In this document: piece by piece, positions 1 to 7,345 of the stretch | How positions within the stretch are numbered: the stretch's first letter is position 1 | How the letters are laid out: each line of letters begins with the position of its first letter | Virus record (IMG/VR): IMGVR_UViG_2698536536_000002 | DNA length: 24,758 nt | Source of the DNA: a virus | Taxonomy: Duplodnaviria > Heunggongvirae > Uroviricota > Caudoviricetes | Reading direction: 5' to 3' (one strand) | Program-made: the position numbers and the translations under genes | The notes under the pieces: model-generated | What the model saw: only the letters and a program-made list of their open reading frames with translations | Database searches by the model: none | What the model was told of the DNA's origin: nothing

Positions 1-1
1 A

Positions 2-1297
2 TTAATTTTTCATTGCTTCGTTATGGGGCATGGTTGGGGCAAACTCGCTTAACTGTGTATTTAACAAAGCTACCTGTGCATTATTGTTTTCAGACATCCA
101 TTTTCCGTATACCTGAAATACCATTTGCGCATCTGCATGGCCCATCTGGTTTGCTATAAATGCCGGGTTAGCACCAGCTGTCAGCGACCAGCAGGCATAA
201 GTATGTCTCGACTGATATGATTTTCGATGGCGGAGTCCGGCACGTTTTATCGCTGCGTCCCACATCTGCCTTATTGAGTCAACGGTAAAATGGTCACCAT
301 AATTTTTTACTCTCGCTGACACTTCAGGTTGAAAAACAAAGGTGCATTTTTGTTTTTCTGTTCTGCCATACTCTCTGAGGTGAACATCAATGATATGCTC
401 TTTGCTCAGTCTCGTTAATGTCATCTGACTCCGGAGAGCGTCGATTGCTGGCTTAATAAGATGAATGACCCGATTGGTTCCCGCCTGTGTTTTTGGTACC
501 GTGAAACGGTCTTTTGCTAAATTTCTCCTGATCATCATTGTTCCATTTTTCAGATCTATGTCCTCCCATCCAAGTGCACACAGCTCACCAGGGCGAACGC
601 CAGTATAAACAGAAACACACCATAAATTTTTTGCTTGCTGATTTCTGCACGCATCGATAAGACGGATAAATTCTTCCCGCGAAAGAGGATCCGGAATGGT
701 TCTTGATTCCTTTAATGGCGAGATCCCCTTAAACGGATTATCTGCCAGGTAACCGTTATCAACACCAAACTGGAACACGGCGTTAAGATTTGTCATGTAA
801 TTATTTACAGTTACAGCCGATCTCCCTGGTTGTGTAACAATATAGTTACTTTTGGGGATCTGGTATCCAGTCAGTAACTCTTTACGAACCTCCAGTAATT
901 TTTCTTTATTAATCGATGAGGCAAGATTTTTTTCACCGATTATGCTCAGGATATTTTTGATGACGGCACGGTATGTGTTGAGTGATGTTTTGGCGACTTC
1001 AGTTTCTTTCAGTGCCAGAAATTTTTCAGCCAGTTCTTTTATGGTTAAATCTTGTCGGGCCTCACCAAATTTTTCCAGATTGCGTGAGGAGGGAAACTGT
1101 TTTGCATAGTCGAAAACACCAGTTTTTATTGCGTAACAAACAGAGGAGCGTAGTTCACCTGCAACGCGCCTGTTTTTTGCTGTGTCAGGAACCCCCAGGT
1201 TTTCCCTGACTCTTACGCCTTTATAAACAAACCAGATACGTAATTTCCCTCCATGGTTTTCCACGCCTGTCGGATATTTCATTTCAACTTCTCTCAT
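2..1297 (-). CDS. Tyrosine-type phage integrase (lambda Int family)
   Basis: 431-aa ORF. C-terminal catalytic region carries the typical R...HxxR...Y signature context (…SRHTYACWSLTAGANPAFIANQMGHADAQMVFQVYGKWM…). Sits at the prophage edge, followed by an xis-like gene. Stop codon lies at window positions 2-4. Confidence 0.85.
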   Translation of the reverse strand: MREVEMKYPTGVENHGGKLRIWFVYKGVRVRENLGVPDTAKNRRVAGELRSSVCYAIKTGVFDYAKQFPSSRNLEKFGEARQDLTIKELAEKFLALKETEVAKTSLNTYRAVIKNILSIIGEKNLASSINKEKLLEVRKELLTGYQIPKSNYIVTQPGRSAVTVNNYMTNLNAVFQFGVDNGYLADNPFKGISPLKESRTIPDPLSREEFIRLIDACRNQQAKNLWCVSVYTGVRPGELCALGWEDIDLKNGTMMIRRNLAKDRFTVPKTQAGTNRVIHLIKPAIDALRSQMTLTRLSKEHIIDVHLREYGRTEKQKCTFVFQPEVSARVKNYGDHFTVDSIRQMWDAAIKRAGLRHRKSYQSRHTYACWSLTAGANPAFIANQMGHADAQMVFQVYGKWMSENNNAQVALLNTQLSEFAPTMPHNEAMKN

Positions 1298-1316
1298 TAG
1301 TTAGTGTGGCTTTTAG

Positions 1317-1568
1317 TCAAGTAAGATGACGTCTTGGTCTCGCTGATGCCTGGCGCTCAATCCAGCGATCAATTTCTTCCAGGTTGTAAAAGCATGGACT
1401 GTTATCCCATGGCATACCGTCATGAGCGACATGCTTATATTCCCTTCCTTCCATAAACGATTTTTCCCGGGCCTTTTTTAACGTACCTTTTTTTATTCCT
1501 TTCAGCGCAATTAACTGCTCTTCGGATACCCATTTGCCGGGAGAGACAATCATGATTACTTCGCTCAT
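1317..1568 (-). CDS. Excisionase-like small protein (putative Xis/DNA-binding)
   Basis: 83-aa ORF immediately upstream of int on the same strand, the canonical xis position. No motif recognised with certainty. Confidence 0.5.
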   Translation of the reverse strand: MSEVIMIVSPGKWVSEEQLIALKGIKKGTLKKAREKSFMEGREYKHVAHDGMPWDNSPCFYNLEEIDRWIERQASARPRRHLT

Positions 1569-1640
1569 CGATTTCTTTATCTCTTACATTAGACGAGCGC
1601 CGGTTGCAGAATACCAGTCACAACCGGCGACAGTTGAACA

Positions 1641-4112
1641 TTAAGAATCAGCCTGACTCGGGATCAGTTTTTGCCAGATAACTGAAACGTATTTTGCCTG
1701 GTAACGGGCGTCATCAAGTGCATTATGGCGCTCACCTTCGAATGGAATAGCCGTTCTGGCATCGAAGTCTATGGCTTTCCCCAGCTCAACGATTGTGCGT
1801 ACATCGCGATCGTTGTAGTAACGCCACGGGCAGGGGATCCCCTGCCGTTCGTATGAACGGCGCAAAATCGTGTTGTCGAAGTTGGCTCCATTTCCCCAGA
1901 CCTGAACAAAAAATTCACCGGAGTTTTCGTCGATAAATTCCCGCAATTGTAACAGTGCATCATCTAACGGGATTTCATCGGTCATAATGGCAGATTGCGC
2001 TTCGCGTGATTGCTTAAGCCACCATTTAATGGTGTCCCGATCAATGACTCCGCCAGCAGTTTCCAGATCGATAGTCTTACTAAATTCCGGTCCCATATCT
2101 CCGGTTTGCGGATCGAAAAATATTGCACCTATTGAGATGATCGGGGCATCAGGATTTTTTCCCATGGTTTCAAGGTCGATCATTAGATGGTCACACGTCC
2201 TGCTGGTGGATGTGATTTCTGGATGACCGTTCACCTTAAATGAGTGATCTGCCGTCTCGCCAGTTTCATTATCGCTATCGTGATGCTGATTGCCGCCAGT
2301 GTTCTCCTTGTGTGGATGTTCAGCGCCTTCCATTTCCTCCGGATCATCTTCCTGAACTTCAACCTGATACTCTTCATCGAATGTTTCCTGGTATGTTGCG
2401 TCGCCCATTACCGCGCCACAATCAGGGCAGTTGCCGCCGCCGGTCTGACCGCAGGCGGTGCAGACTTTTTCCACTTCCTGTTGCGCCACTGATTCAGGCT
2501 GTTTCGTTTCTGGCTCGTTTTGTAACGCATTTGGGCTGTTTTGTTCCGCTTTTTGGTAGTTCCGTTCCGATTCATGCTGGTTCTGGTTCACAGAATCGCG
2601 GGTCTGGATCCCCTTGACCCATTTCGGATCATTAGGGTCGCTAATCCCCTCAACAAATTCACCACGTGATGCAGCAAGCAACTTATCGGCGTCAGGCTGG
2701 CTGATATTGGCTGCCTGCATAATTTTGTTTACTTCGTCAGCGGTAACTTTTATCGGCTCTGGTTGTGCGGTCGTGTCAGATGCACCAGTATTTTGTTGTG
2801 AACCTGAGTATGTACCGTTTTTTCGGGCAAAATATTCTTCTTTTGTGATTTCAGTGGCGCCAGCAGCCAGTGCCTTATCCAGACCAGAAAGTTTGTTTGC
2901 GCGACCGTATTTTTCGCCGACCTTATCTGCGAAGAGGAAATAGAACGGCCCCTCACGCTCTACAGATGGTTCGACTTCCACTTTGCATTCGGTTTTTTCG
3001 TTGTCCGGAATTGCCGTTTCCACTGCATCAGTTTCTGGTACTGGCGACGAGAGAGTATCAGTTGCGCTCTGATTTCTTCCTTCATCTTCAAACACGCCCT
3101 TTGTAGTCAGGTATTCAGTAATGTATTTGTTCAGTGCCACAGGGTCTTTGTGAATGTCGATCGGACGTTCACGGACAAGGCCAAAAATAGTCTGGCGGTC
3201 GTAGCGAAGGGCATCAGGCTGTTTGCGCATTGATGCCGAGATACGCTTCCAGTCTTCGCGGTCGTTATCGATAACTTCATTTTTTGCCCAGCGATGGATG
3301 CTGCCGTCAATGTTTCCGGCATCCACATCACCAGGCCAGAGAGCGTAGGCCAGTTCGTCATCCAGTGTTTTCCATGTCTGCTTGTATTCGCGATGAATGG
3401 CAGCAATGACCGGGCTGATTTTTCCTGTTGAATTTTCAGTGTACTGTTGATTGGCTCTGGCGCGGGCGAGATCAACAACAGACGTGTATTTTCCGGTTTC
3501 CTTGCGTTCACCTTCGCGACGTTTTTTCCAGATGCGCATCTCTGCCTGAATTTCGGGCCATTTAGCACCAGGAATACATTTATGCTTAACCCACCCAATG
3601 GCGTGCAACTTAAGCTCCGGATACATGGCGTTAACTTCTGGCATTTTCATCAACGCTTCAACGATATGTCCGTCGAATGTTGCCATGTCTTCCTGCAATA
3701 ATTCCTGTGCGCTAATAACCATATCAACGGTGATGTTTTCACATGTGTCGAACTTAACCATGACAGCGTTCTGTACTTCAGGGGCCAGCTTGTCAAAAAT
3801 GACGTTCATCGGATCGGATTCAGTCTCAACCGGGACAAAAGAAGCAGACTCCTCATCCCAGCGGTTTTCCTGCATATATTCAGCATCCCATGAATCGAGG
3901 GCAGGGCGGGGTATGCCAGGTTTATCCTCGCAGACAATAAATTTATAAGCGCAGTCCTGAGCAGCCGGATAATGTTCCAGGAATTGCCAGTGAAATTTTG
4001 CTCGAGCACGGCGTTCGTCGCCAGCTTCAATGGCTGTGGCTACAGCCACAGCGCCTTCTTCCCTTGTTGCCAGTTCGTCAGGAATAGCGGCGCAAATAAA
4101 GACTTTACTCAT
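1641..4112 (-). CDS. Prophage exonuclease (exodeoxyribonuclease VIII-like) with C-terminal DEDDh 3'-5' exonuclease domain
   Basis: 823-aa ORF. C-terminus shows Exo I (MIDLETMG), Exo II (WGNGANFDN) and Exo III (HNALDDARYQA) motifs of DnaQ-like exonucleases. The centre is an acidic low-complexity linker with a CxxC…CxxC zinc ribbon (CTACGQTGGGNCPDCG). Position matches the exonuclease gene downstream of the dicB operon in Qin-type prophages (remembered as the ydfE fragment in K-12). Confidence 0.7.
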   Translation of the reverse strand: MSKVFICAAIPDELATREEGAVAVATAIEAGDERRARAKFHWQFLEHYPAAQDCAYKFIVCEDKPGIPRPALDSWDAEYMQENRWDEESASFVPVETESDPMNVIFDKLAPEVQNAVMVKFDTCENITVDMVISAQELLQEDMATFDGHIVEALMKMPEVNAMYPELKLHAIGWVKHKCIPGAKWPEIQAEMRIWKKRREGERKETGKYTSVVDLARARANQQYTENSTGKISPVIAAIHREYKQTWKTLDDELAYALWPGDVDAGNIDGSIHRWAKNEVIDNDREDWKRISASMRKQPDALRYDRQTIFGLVRERPIDIHKDPVALNKYITEYLTTKGVFEDEGRNQSATDTLSSPVPETDAVETAIPDNEKTECKVEVEPSVEREGPFYFLFADKVGEKYGRANKLSGLDKALAAGATEITKEEYFARKNGTYSGSQQNTGASDTTAQPEPIKVTADEVNKIMQAANISQPDADKLLAASRGEFVEGISDPNDPKWVKGIQTRDSVNQNQHESERNYQKAEQNSPNALQNEPETKQPESVAQQEVEKVCTACGQTGGGNCPDCGAVMGDATYQETFDEEYQVEVQEDDPEEMEGAEHPHKENTGGNQHHDSDNETGETADHSFKVNGHPEITSTSRTCDHLMIDLETMGKNPDAPIISIGAIFFDPQTGDMGPEFSKTIDLETAGGVIDRDTIKWWLKQSREAQSAIMTDEIPLDDALLQLREFIDENSGEFFVQVWGNGANFDNTILRRSYERQGIPCPWRYYNDRDVRTIVELGKAIDFDARTAIPFEGERHNALDDARYQAKYVSVIWQKLIPSQADS

Positions 4113-4205
4113 TTTGTTTTAACCTCATGACAGATTTAAGGATGAACAAATCCCTGCCATTGCTGGCATATAAGAATGAAACCGGATATTTATTACGGAA
4201 CTGTT

Positions 4206-4397
4206 TTAAAGACCTGCCGGGATTTCGATATTATACTGGTGAATAACTTTATCGACCGGGTAACAGTTACCGGGAATTTTCTGTTCGGTTGCTGCAGTCA
4301 TACACTCCTGCATTGTCCTGTGAACACTGACTGCAATATCAACTGGCTCTCCGGAAACAAGAAAAACTGTCAGAACAAGCGCAAATGCTGAATTCAT
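4206..4397 (-). CDS. ydfD: Small secreted protein, YdfD-like
   Basis: 63-aa product MNSAFALVLTVFLVSGEPVDIAV… with an N-terminal hydrophobic segment. Lies immediately downstream of dicB, as ydfD does in Qin. Start at the ATG at 4397; the longer track ORF (to 4451) has an N-terminal extension without a signal. Confidence 0.55.
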   Translation of the reverse strand: MNSAFALVLTVFLVSGEPVDIAVSVHRTMQECMTAATEQKIPGNCYPVDKVIHQYNIEIPAGL

Positions 4398-4582
4398 TGT
4401 GCACATCCTTTTGGCATCAGACGTAAACGAGCCAGCATTGAAACAATGCATATTTTATTTAATAGCTCCCGTTCTTGTTTTCTCTTGTTAATGGCATCTT
4501 CAGTAAATACAGGGTTACTGATAGTGACACCAATTTCAAAACAACCTTCAGACGTATTAACGTTTGGTAATAACGTTTTCAT
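4394..4582 (-). CDS. dicB: Cell-division inhibitor DicB
   Basis: 62-aa product MKTLLPNVNTSEGCFEIGVTISNPVFTEDAINKRKQERELLNKICIVSMLARLRLMPKGCAQ matches my recollection of E. coli DicB in length and sequence. GAGGA RBS 9 nt upstream of the ATG at 4582. Preceded by a DicF-like sRNA. Confidence 0.7.
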   Translation of the reverse strand: MKTLLPNVNTSEGCFEIGVTISNPVFTEDAINKRKQERELLNKICIVSMLARLRLMPKGCAQ

Positions 4583-4751
4583 TATCGCGTCCTCAACAAT
4601 GAATTTTGTGATGCAGTGCCTGGTGCCTCCAGGTGACGTTAACCAGTTAACAATTAACGCCGGATACAGAGAATCCACCCATAACACTGTTTTTGGTTTT
4701 AACTGTTCCGCGTGCGCTTAGCCGCATTCACCGCATCACAAAATTCACTTT

Positions 4752-4809
4752 AAAAACGGCGGCAGAGCAGTCACGGAGTAAAACTGATACCGCCAAACGT
4801 CACCAGAAA
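4752..4809 (-). ncRNA. dicF: DicF-like small regulatory RNA (ftsZ-targeting antisense sRNA)
   Basis: Minus-strand sequence UUUCUGGUGACGUUUGGCGGUAUCAGUUUUACUCCGUGACUGCUCUGCCGCCGUUUUU (reverse complement of 4752-4809) matches the remembered DicF sequence. It ends in GC-rich sequence plus a U-run and sits between the YdfB/C-like ORF and dicB, as in the Qin dicB operon. Exact ends are approximate. Confidence 0.55.
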
Positions 4810-5068
4810 ATTGATAACAGAGGGCGTTGCAGCGGGGTTGTCACTTAAGCGTATGGTCAACCTGACAACTCGGTGTCCTCAACGGGGAAGGAATAACCCC
4901 GCCATACTTACCGCCGCGCCATTTCGCGGGTTGCCACAACCGGAAGCGCACGGTCGAATTAAATTTAACGACACCGTACAGTGAGACGAACTTCGCCGTG
5001 CGCTTTCGTGTTGTGTGCCTGCTTTTAACCACGTCAGGCGAGGTGGTATCCTTAAAATCACCACAGTT

Positions 5069-5644
5069 TTAAGGATTCATTAAGCAATGTCGCAACCACC
5101 AATAAATCCGCTTAAGAACATGAAAATTGATTACTGGTATAAAGCGCTTACAGTTGTTGGCGCTGCGTTGTTTGTCTTTAATGGAACGTCTTTTTTTGAC
5201 AGATATCCCGTTGTTCCATTGGGTTTTTTGTCCTCCGGCATCTTTTTTATTGGTTTGGGGGAGTGGATTAATCACCCTCTCAAAGTGAGATTTATTGGTC
5301 CTGGAGTTTGGACTCGTGGATATAATCGTTCTTAGTGCGCACTCGGTATCATCTTCGACATACTTGGTTGTTTCCTGATTGTTACAGGAGTCGTCAAGTT
5401 CTTCTGATGTAAAACCGCAAATGGGGCACGTAACGGGAATTTTGAAAAGCGTTTCTCCGGGTTCCAGAACAAAATTTTCTGCGGTCTGATTTTGCTTCTC
5501 ATATTTGTGCTCCGCGTCATTGTGAGAGCACATTCTTATTCTGAGTGCCTGTTTAAACTCACTGAAGCTGAGAGCTTCTTCGCCTTCGGCAAGACCTTCG
5601 AAGTATTCTTCGTAAGCCTTTTCCATGATTGTGTCGAAATCCAT
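5069..5644 (-). CDS. YdfB/YdfC-like zinc-ribbon protein (C-terminal extent uncertain)
   Basis: ATG at 5644 with AGGTGA RBS, 2 nt after the stop of the upstream small gene. First ~104 aa look like a real protein (MDFDTIMEKAYEEYFEG…CPICGFTSEELDDSC…). The last ~90 aa are basic low-complexity and antisense to a plus-strand ORF, so the true stop may be missing or shifted. Confidence 0.45.
   Translation of the reverse strand: MDFDTIMEKAYEEYFEGLAEGEEALSFSEFKQALRIRMCSHNDAEHKYEKQNQTAENFVLEPGETLFKIPVTCPICGFTSEELDDSCNNQETTKYVEDDTECALRTIISTSPNSRTNKSHFERVINPLPQTNKKDAGGQKTQWNNGISVKKRRSIKDKQRSANNCKRFIPVINFHVLKRIYWWLRHCLMNP
5087..5335 (+). CDS. Possible small two-transmembrane-segment membrane protein (uncertain; overlaps convergent ORF)
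   Basis: 82-aa ORF with two hydrophobic segments (ALTVVGAALFVF, VVPLGFLSSGIFFIGLG). AAGGAT 11 nt upstream of the ATG, preceded by an 8-bp hairpin (5050-5074). Fully overlapped by the tail of the minus-strand ORF, so only one of the two is likely real here. Confidence 0.3.
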   Translation: MSQPPINPLKNMKIDYWYKALTVVGAALFVFNGTSFFDRYPVVPLGFLSSGIFFIGLGEWINHPLKVRFIGPGVWTRGYNRS

Positions 5645-5645
5645 A

Positions 5646-5801
5646 TCACTCACCTGAGTTTCTTTCCAGCCAGCGACGGGCACCATTTTCGGTTTTAAAC
5701 GTTTTGCTTTTGGTATACGTCATCGCGGTGAACGTACCGTCCTGGTTGGGGAACACGCCACATACCGGAGATTCGCTGTTGCCAAGATCGATAGTATCCA
5801 T
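5646..5801 (-). CDS. Small prophage protein, YdfA-like (first gene of dicB-type operon)
   Basis: 51-aa product MDTIDLGNSESPVCGVFPNQDGTFTAMTYTKSKTFKTENGARRWLERNSGE. AGGT RBS 6 nt upstream of the ATG at 5801. First gene downstream of the leftward promoter region. Confidence 0.5.
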   Translation of the reverse strand: MDTIDLGNSESPVCGVFPNQDGTFTAMTYTKSKTFKTENGARRWLERNSGE

Positions 5802-5879
5802 GCTGACCTCATTTCCCCTTAACGCCGGGGTAGCGGAACAAAAACCTGCTGCATAGTTATTAAAGTTGAACCCTGCCGT

Positions 5880-6098
5880 CATGTTCTTACGCCTCGGGCT
5901 GGCTACTTAACCCCTGACCACTGCCTGGTAACTCGAAGTATTGCCCTGCATTCTGTGGGGCGGGGTGGGTGGCAGGCATATAATGTACTTTGTGTTCATT
6001 GTTGTAAAGTACTTTTAGTACATTTTGTGTGTAAAAAAATGAGATGGGATAAAGTGAAGCACAAACCCGGAGGAAGGCGCTACCGGATTTATGCTGGT
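5880..6098 (-). promoter_or_regulatory. Leftward early promoter/operator region (dicB-operon promoter analogue)
   Basis: Non-coding interval between the repressor 3' end and the first leftward gene. Contains ATGTACT at 5983-5989 and its complement AGTACAT at 6017-6023 within the perfect palindrome GTACT-TTT-AGTAC (6009-6021). The same heptamer recurs in the rightward promoter region. Confidence 0.4.
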
Positions 6099-6518
6099 TT
6101 AAGAGGCTTTTTGTTTTTTCTTTCGTGCTAACTCTTCGTAAATTGCATTGTACTTCTGTTTTTTCTCTTCAAGAGTTTTTAAAAGTTCATCTGTCTCACT
6201 GTCAGGGAGCTCGTCCAGAAGGTCAATGATGATTTTTTGTCTTGGATTTAACTCCTGATAGAAACGTACCTGTCCACTTTCTTCTGTATCCTCTCCCAAA
6301 AGATAGGTTGGTGTTGTTCCTATTAGTGTTGCTAATTCCCTTAATTTCTCCCGGCGAGGAATTGTTTCGCCATTAAACCATTTGCTAACCGCTTTTGGTG
6401 TTAATTTCATTCGACGGGCAATTTCTGCCTGCCTTCCATGTTGTTCATAACCAGCGTTTTCACAGGCTAGCGCAAGCCTACTGGCGAACTCTTTACGCGC
6501 TTTATCTTCATGAACCAT
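6099..6518 (-). CDS. Prophage repressor, HTH XRE family (DicA/RacR-like)
   Basis: 139 aa. N-terminal helix-turn-helix (…QAEIARRMKLTPKAVSKWFNGETIP…) and an acidic/coiled C-terminal region. Divergent from a Cro-like gene. Confidence 0.8.
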   Translation of the reverse strand: MVHEDKARKEFASRLALACENAGYEQHGRQAEIARRMKLTPKAVSKWFNGETIPRREKLRELATLIGTTPTYLLGEDTEESGQVRFYQELNPRQKIIIDLLDELPDSETDELLKTLEEKKQKYNAIYEELARKKKQKAS

Positions 6519-6597
6519 AAGTTCAATGATATTCGCTCTTGAATGTACTGTCAGTTCTGTTATAGCATGTACTCAAAGTTCACATTGTGAGGGTGAT
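6519..6597. promoter_or_regulatory. Divergent promoter/operator region between repressor and cro-like gene
   Basis: ATGTACT at 6543-6549 and 6566-6572. Candidate -35 TTGAAT (6539-6544) and -10 TATAGC (6561-6566) for rightward transcription. GAGGGTG RBS before the ATG at 6598. Confidence 0.45.
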
Positions 6598-6852
6598 ATG
6601 AACCAGAAAACACTTGAAGATGTAATCAAAACTGTTCGCGTTGCTGTTGTGGCCGACGTTTGTGGTGTCAGCCAAAGAGCAATCTATAAATGGATGGATA
6701 ACGGAAAATTGCCTCGCACAGAATATACCGGCGAAACAAATTACGCTGAAAAAATCGCTCTTGCATCAAACGGATTATTTTCTGCCGATGCAATTTTAAC
6801 TATTGGCAGGAATAAAACTACTACGAAAAAGCTGATGGGAGTTGATTCATGA
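6598..6852 (+). CDS. Cro-like / YdaS-like HTH protein
   Basis: 84 aa from the ATG at 6598, with an HTH-like segment (VADVCGVSQRAIYKWMDNGKLP). Divergent from the repressor. Stop overlaps the next gene's start (ATGA). Confidence 0.7.
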   Translation: MNQKTLEDVIKTVRVAVVADVCGVSQRAIYKWMDNGKLPRTEYTGETNYAEKIALASNGLFSADAILTIGRNKTTTKKLMGVDS

Positions 6853-7274
6853 AAATCAAGCATGAACACATCCGCATGGCGATGAATGCCTGGGCGCATC
6901 CGGACGGCGAAAAAGTACCGGCTGCGAAAATTACCAAAGCGTATTTCGAGCTGGGAATGACGTTCCCGGAACTGTATGACGACAGCCATCCGGAAGCCCT
7001 GGCTCGCAATACCCAGAAAATTTTCCGCTGGGTAGAGAAAGACACCCCTGATGCAGTTGAAAAAATTCAGGCGTTGTTACCAGCGATCGAAAAGGCAATG
7101 CCACCTTTGCTGGTGGCCAGAATGCGCAGCCACAGTTCAGCTTATTTTCGGGAACTGGTGGAGACGCGGGAGCGACTGGTGAGAGACGCTGATGATTTTG
7201 TCGCAGTGGCAATCGCCGGTTTCAATCAGATGAACCGTGGTGGCCCGGCAGGAAATGCTGTGGCAGTACATTGA
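6849..7274 (+). CDS. YdaT-like protein (putative toxic/regulatory partner of the Cro-like gene)
   Basis: 141 aa beginning MKIKHEHI…, translationally coupled to the upstream gene by a 4-bp overlap. Gene order repressor / cro-like / this gene mirrors the RacR-YdaS-YdaT arrangement as I recall it. Confidence 0.6.
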   Translation: MKIKHEHIRMAMNAWAHPDGEKVPAAKITKAYFELGMTFPELYDDSHPEALARNTQKIFRWVEKDTPDAVEKIQALLPAIEKAMPPLLVARMRSHSSAYFRELVETRERLVRDADDFVAVAIAGFNQMNRGGPAGNAVAVH

Positions 7275-7345
7275 CTGACAATAGCCATATCGAATCGCTT
7301 CCGGCAACTCGTGAGTAAAAAGATTCGGTATCAGAAGAGGTGAGT

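Noticed and set aside
852-1209. Plus-strand ORFs of 85 and 75 aa inside the integrase gene
   Set aside because: Entirely antisense to a well-supported integrase ORF, with low-complexity composition and no RBS; almost certainly spurious.
1769-4030. Multiple 60-155-aa ORFs on both strands within the 823-aa exonuclease gene
   Set aside because: All are nested in or antisense to the long exonuclease ORF, which has clear catalytic motifs; they are treated as chance open frames.
1297-4200. A RecT/Bet-type annealing protein partner for the exonuclease
   Set aside because: No ORF of suitable size or sequence lies between the exonuclease and int/xis or immediately upstream, so none is annotated.
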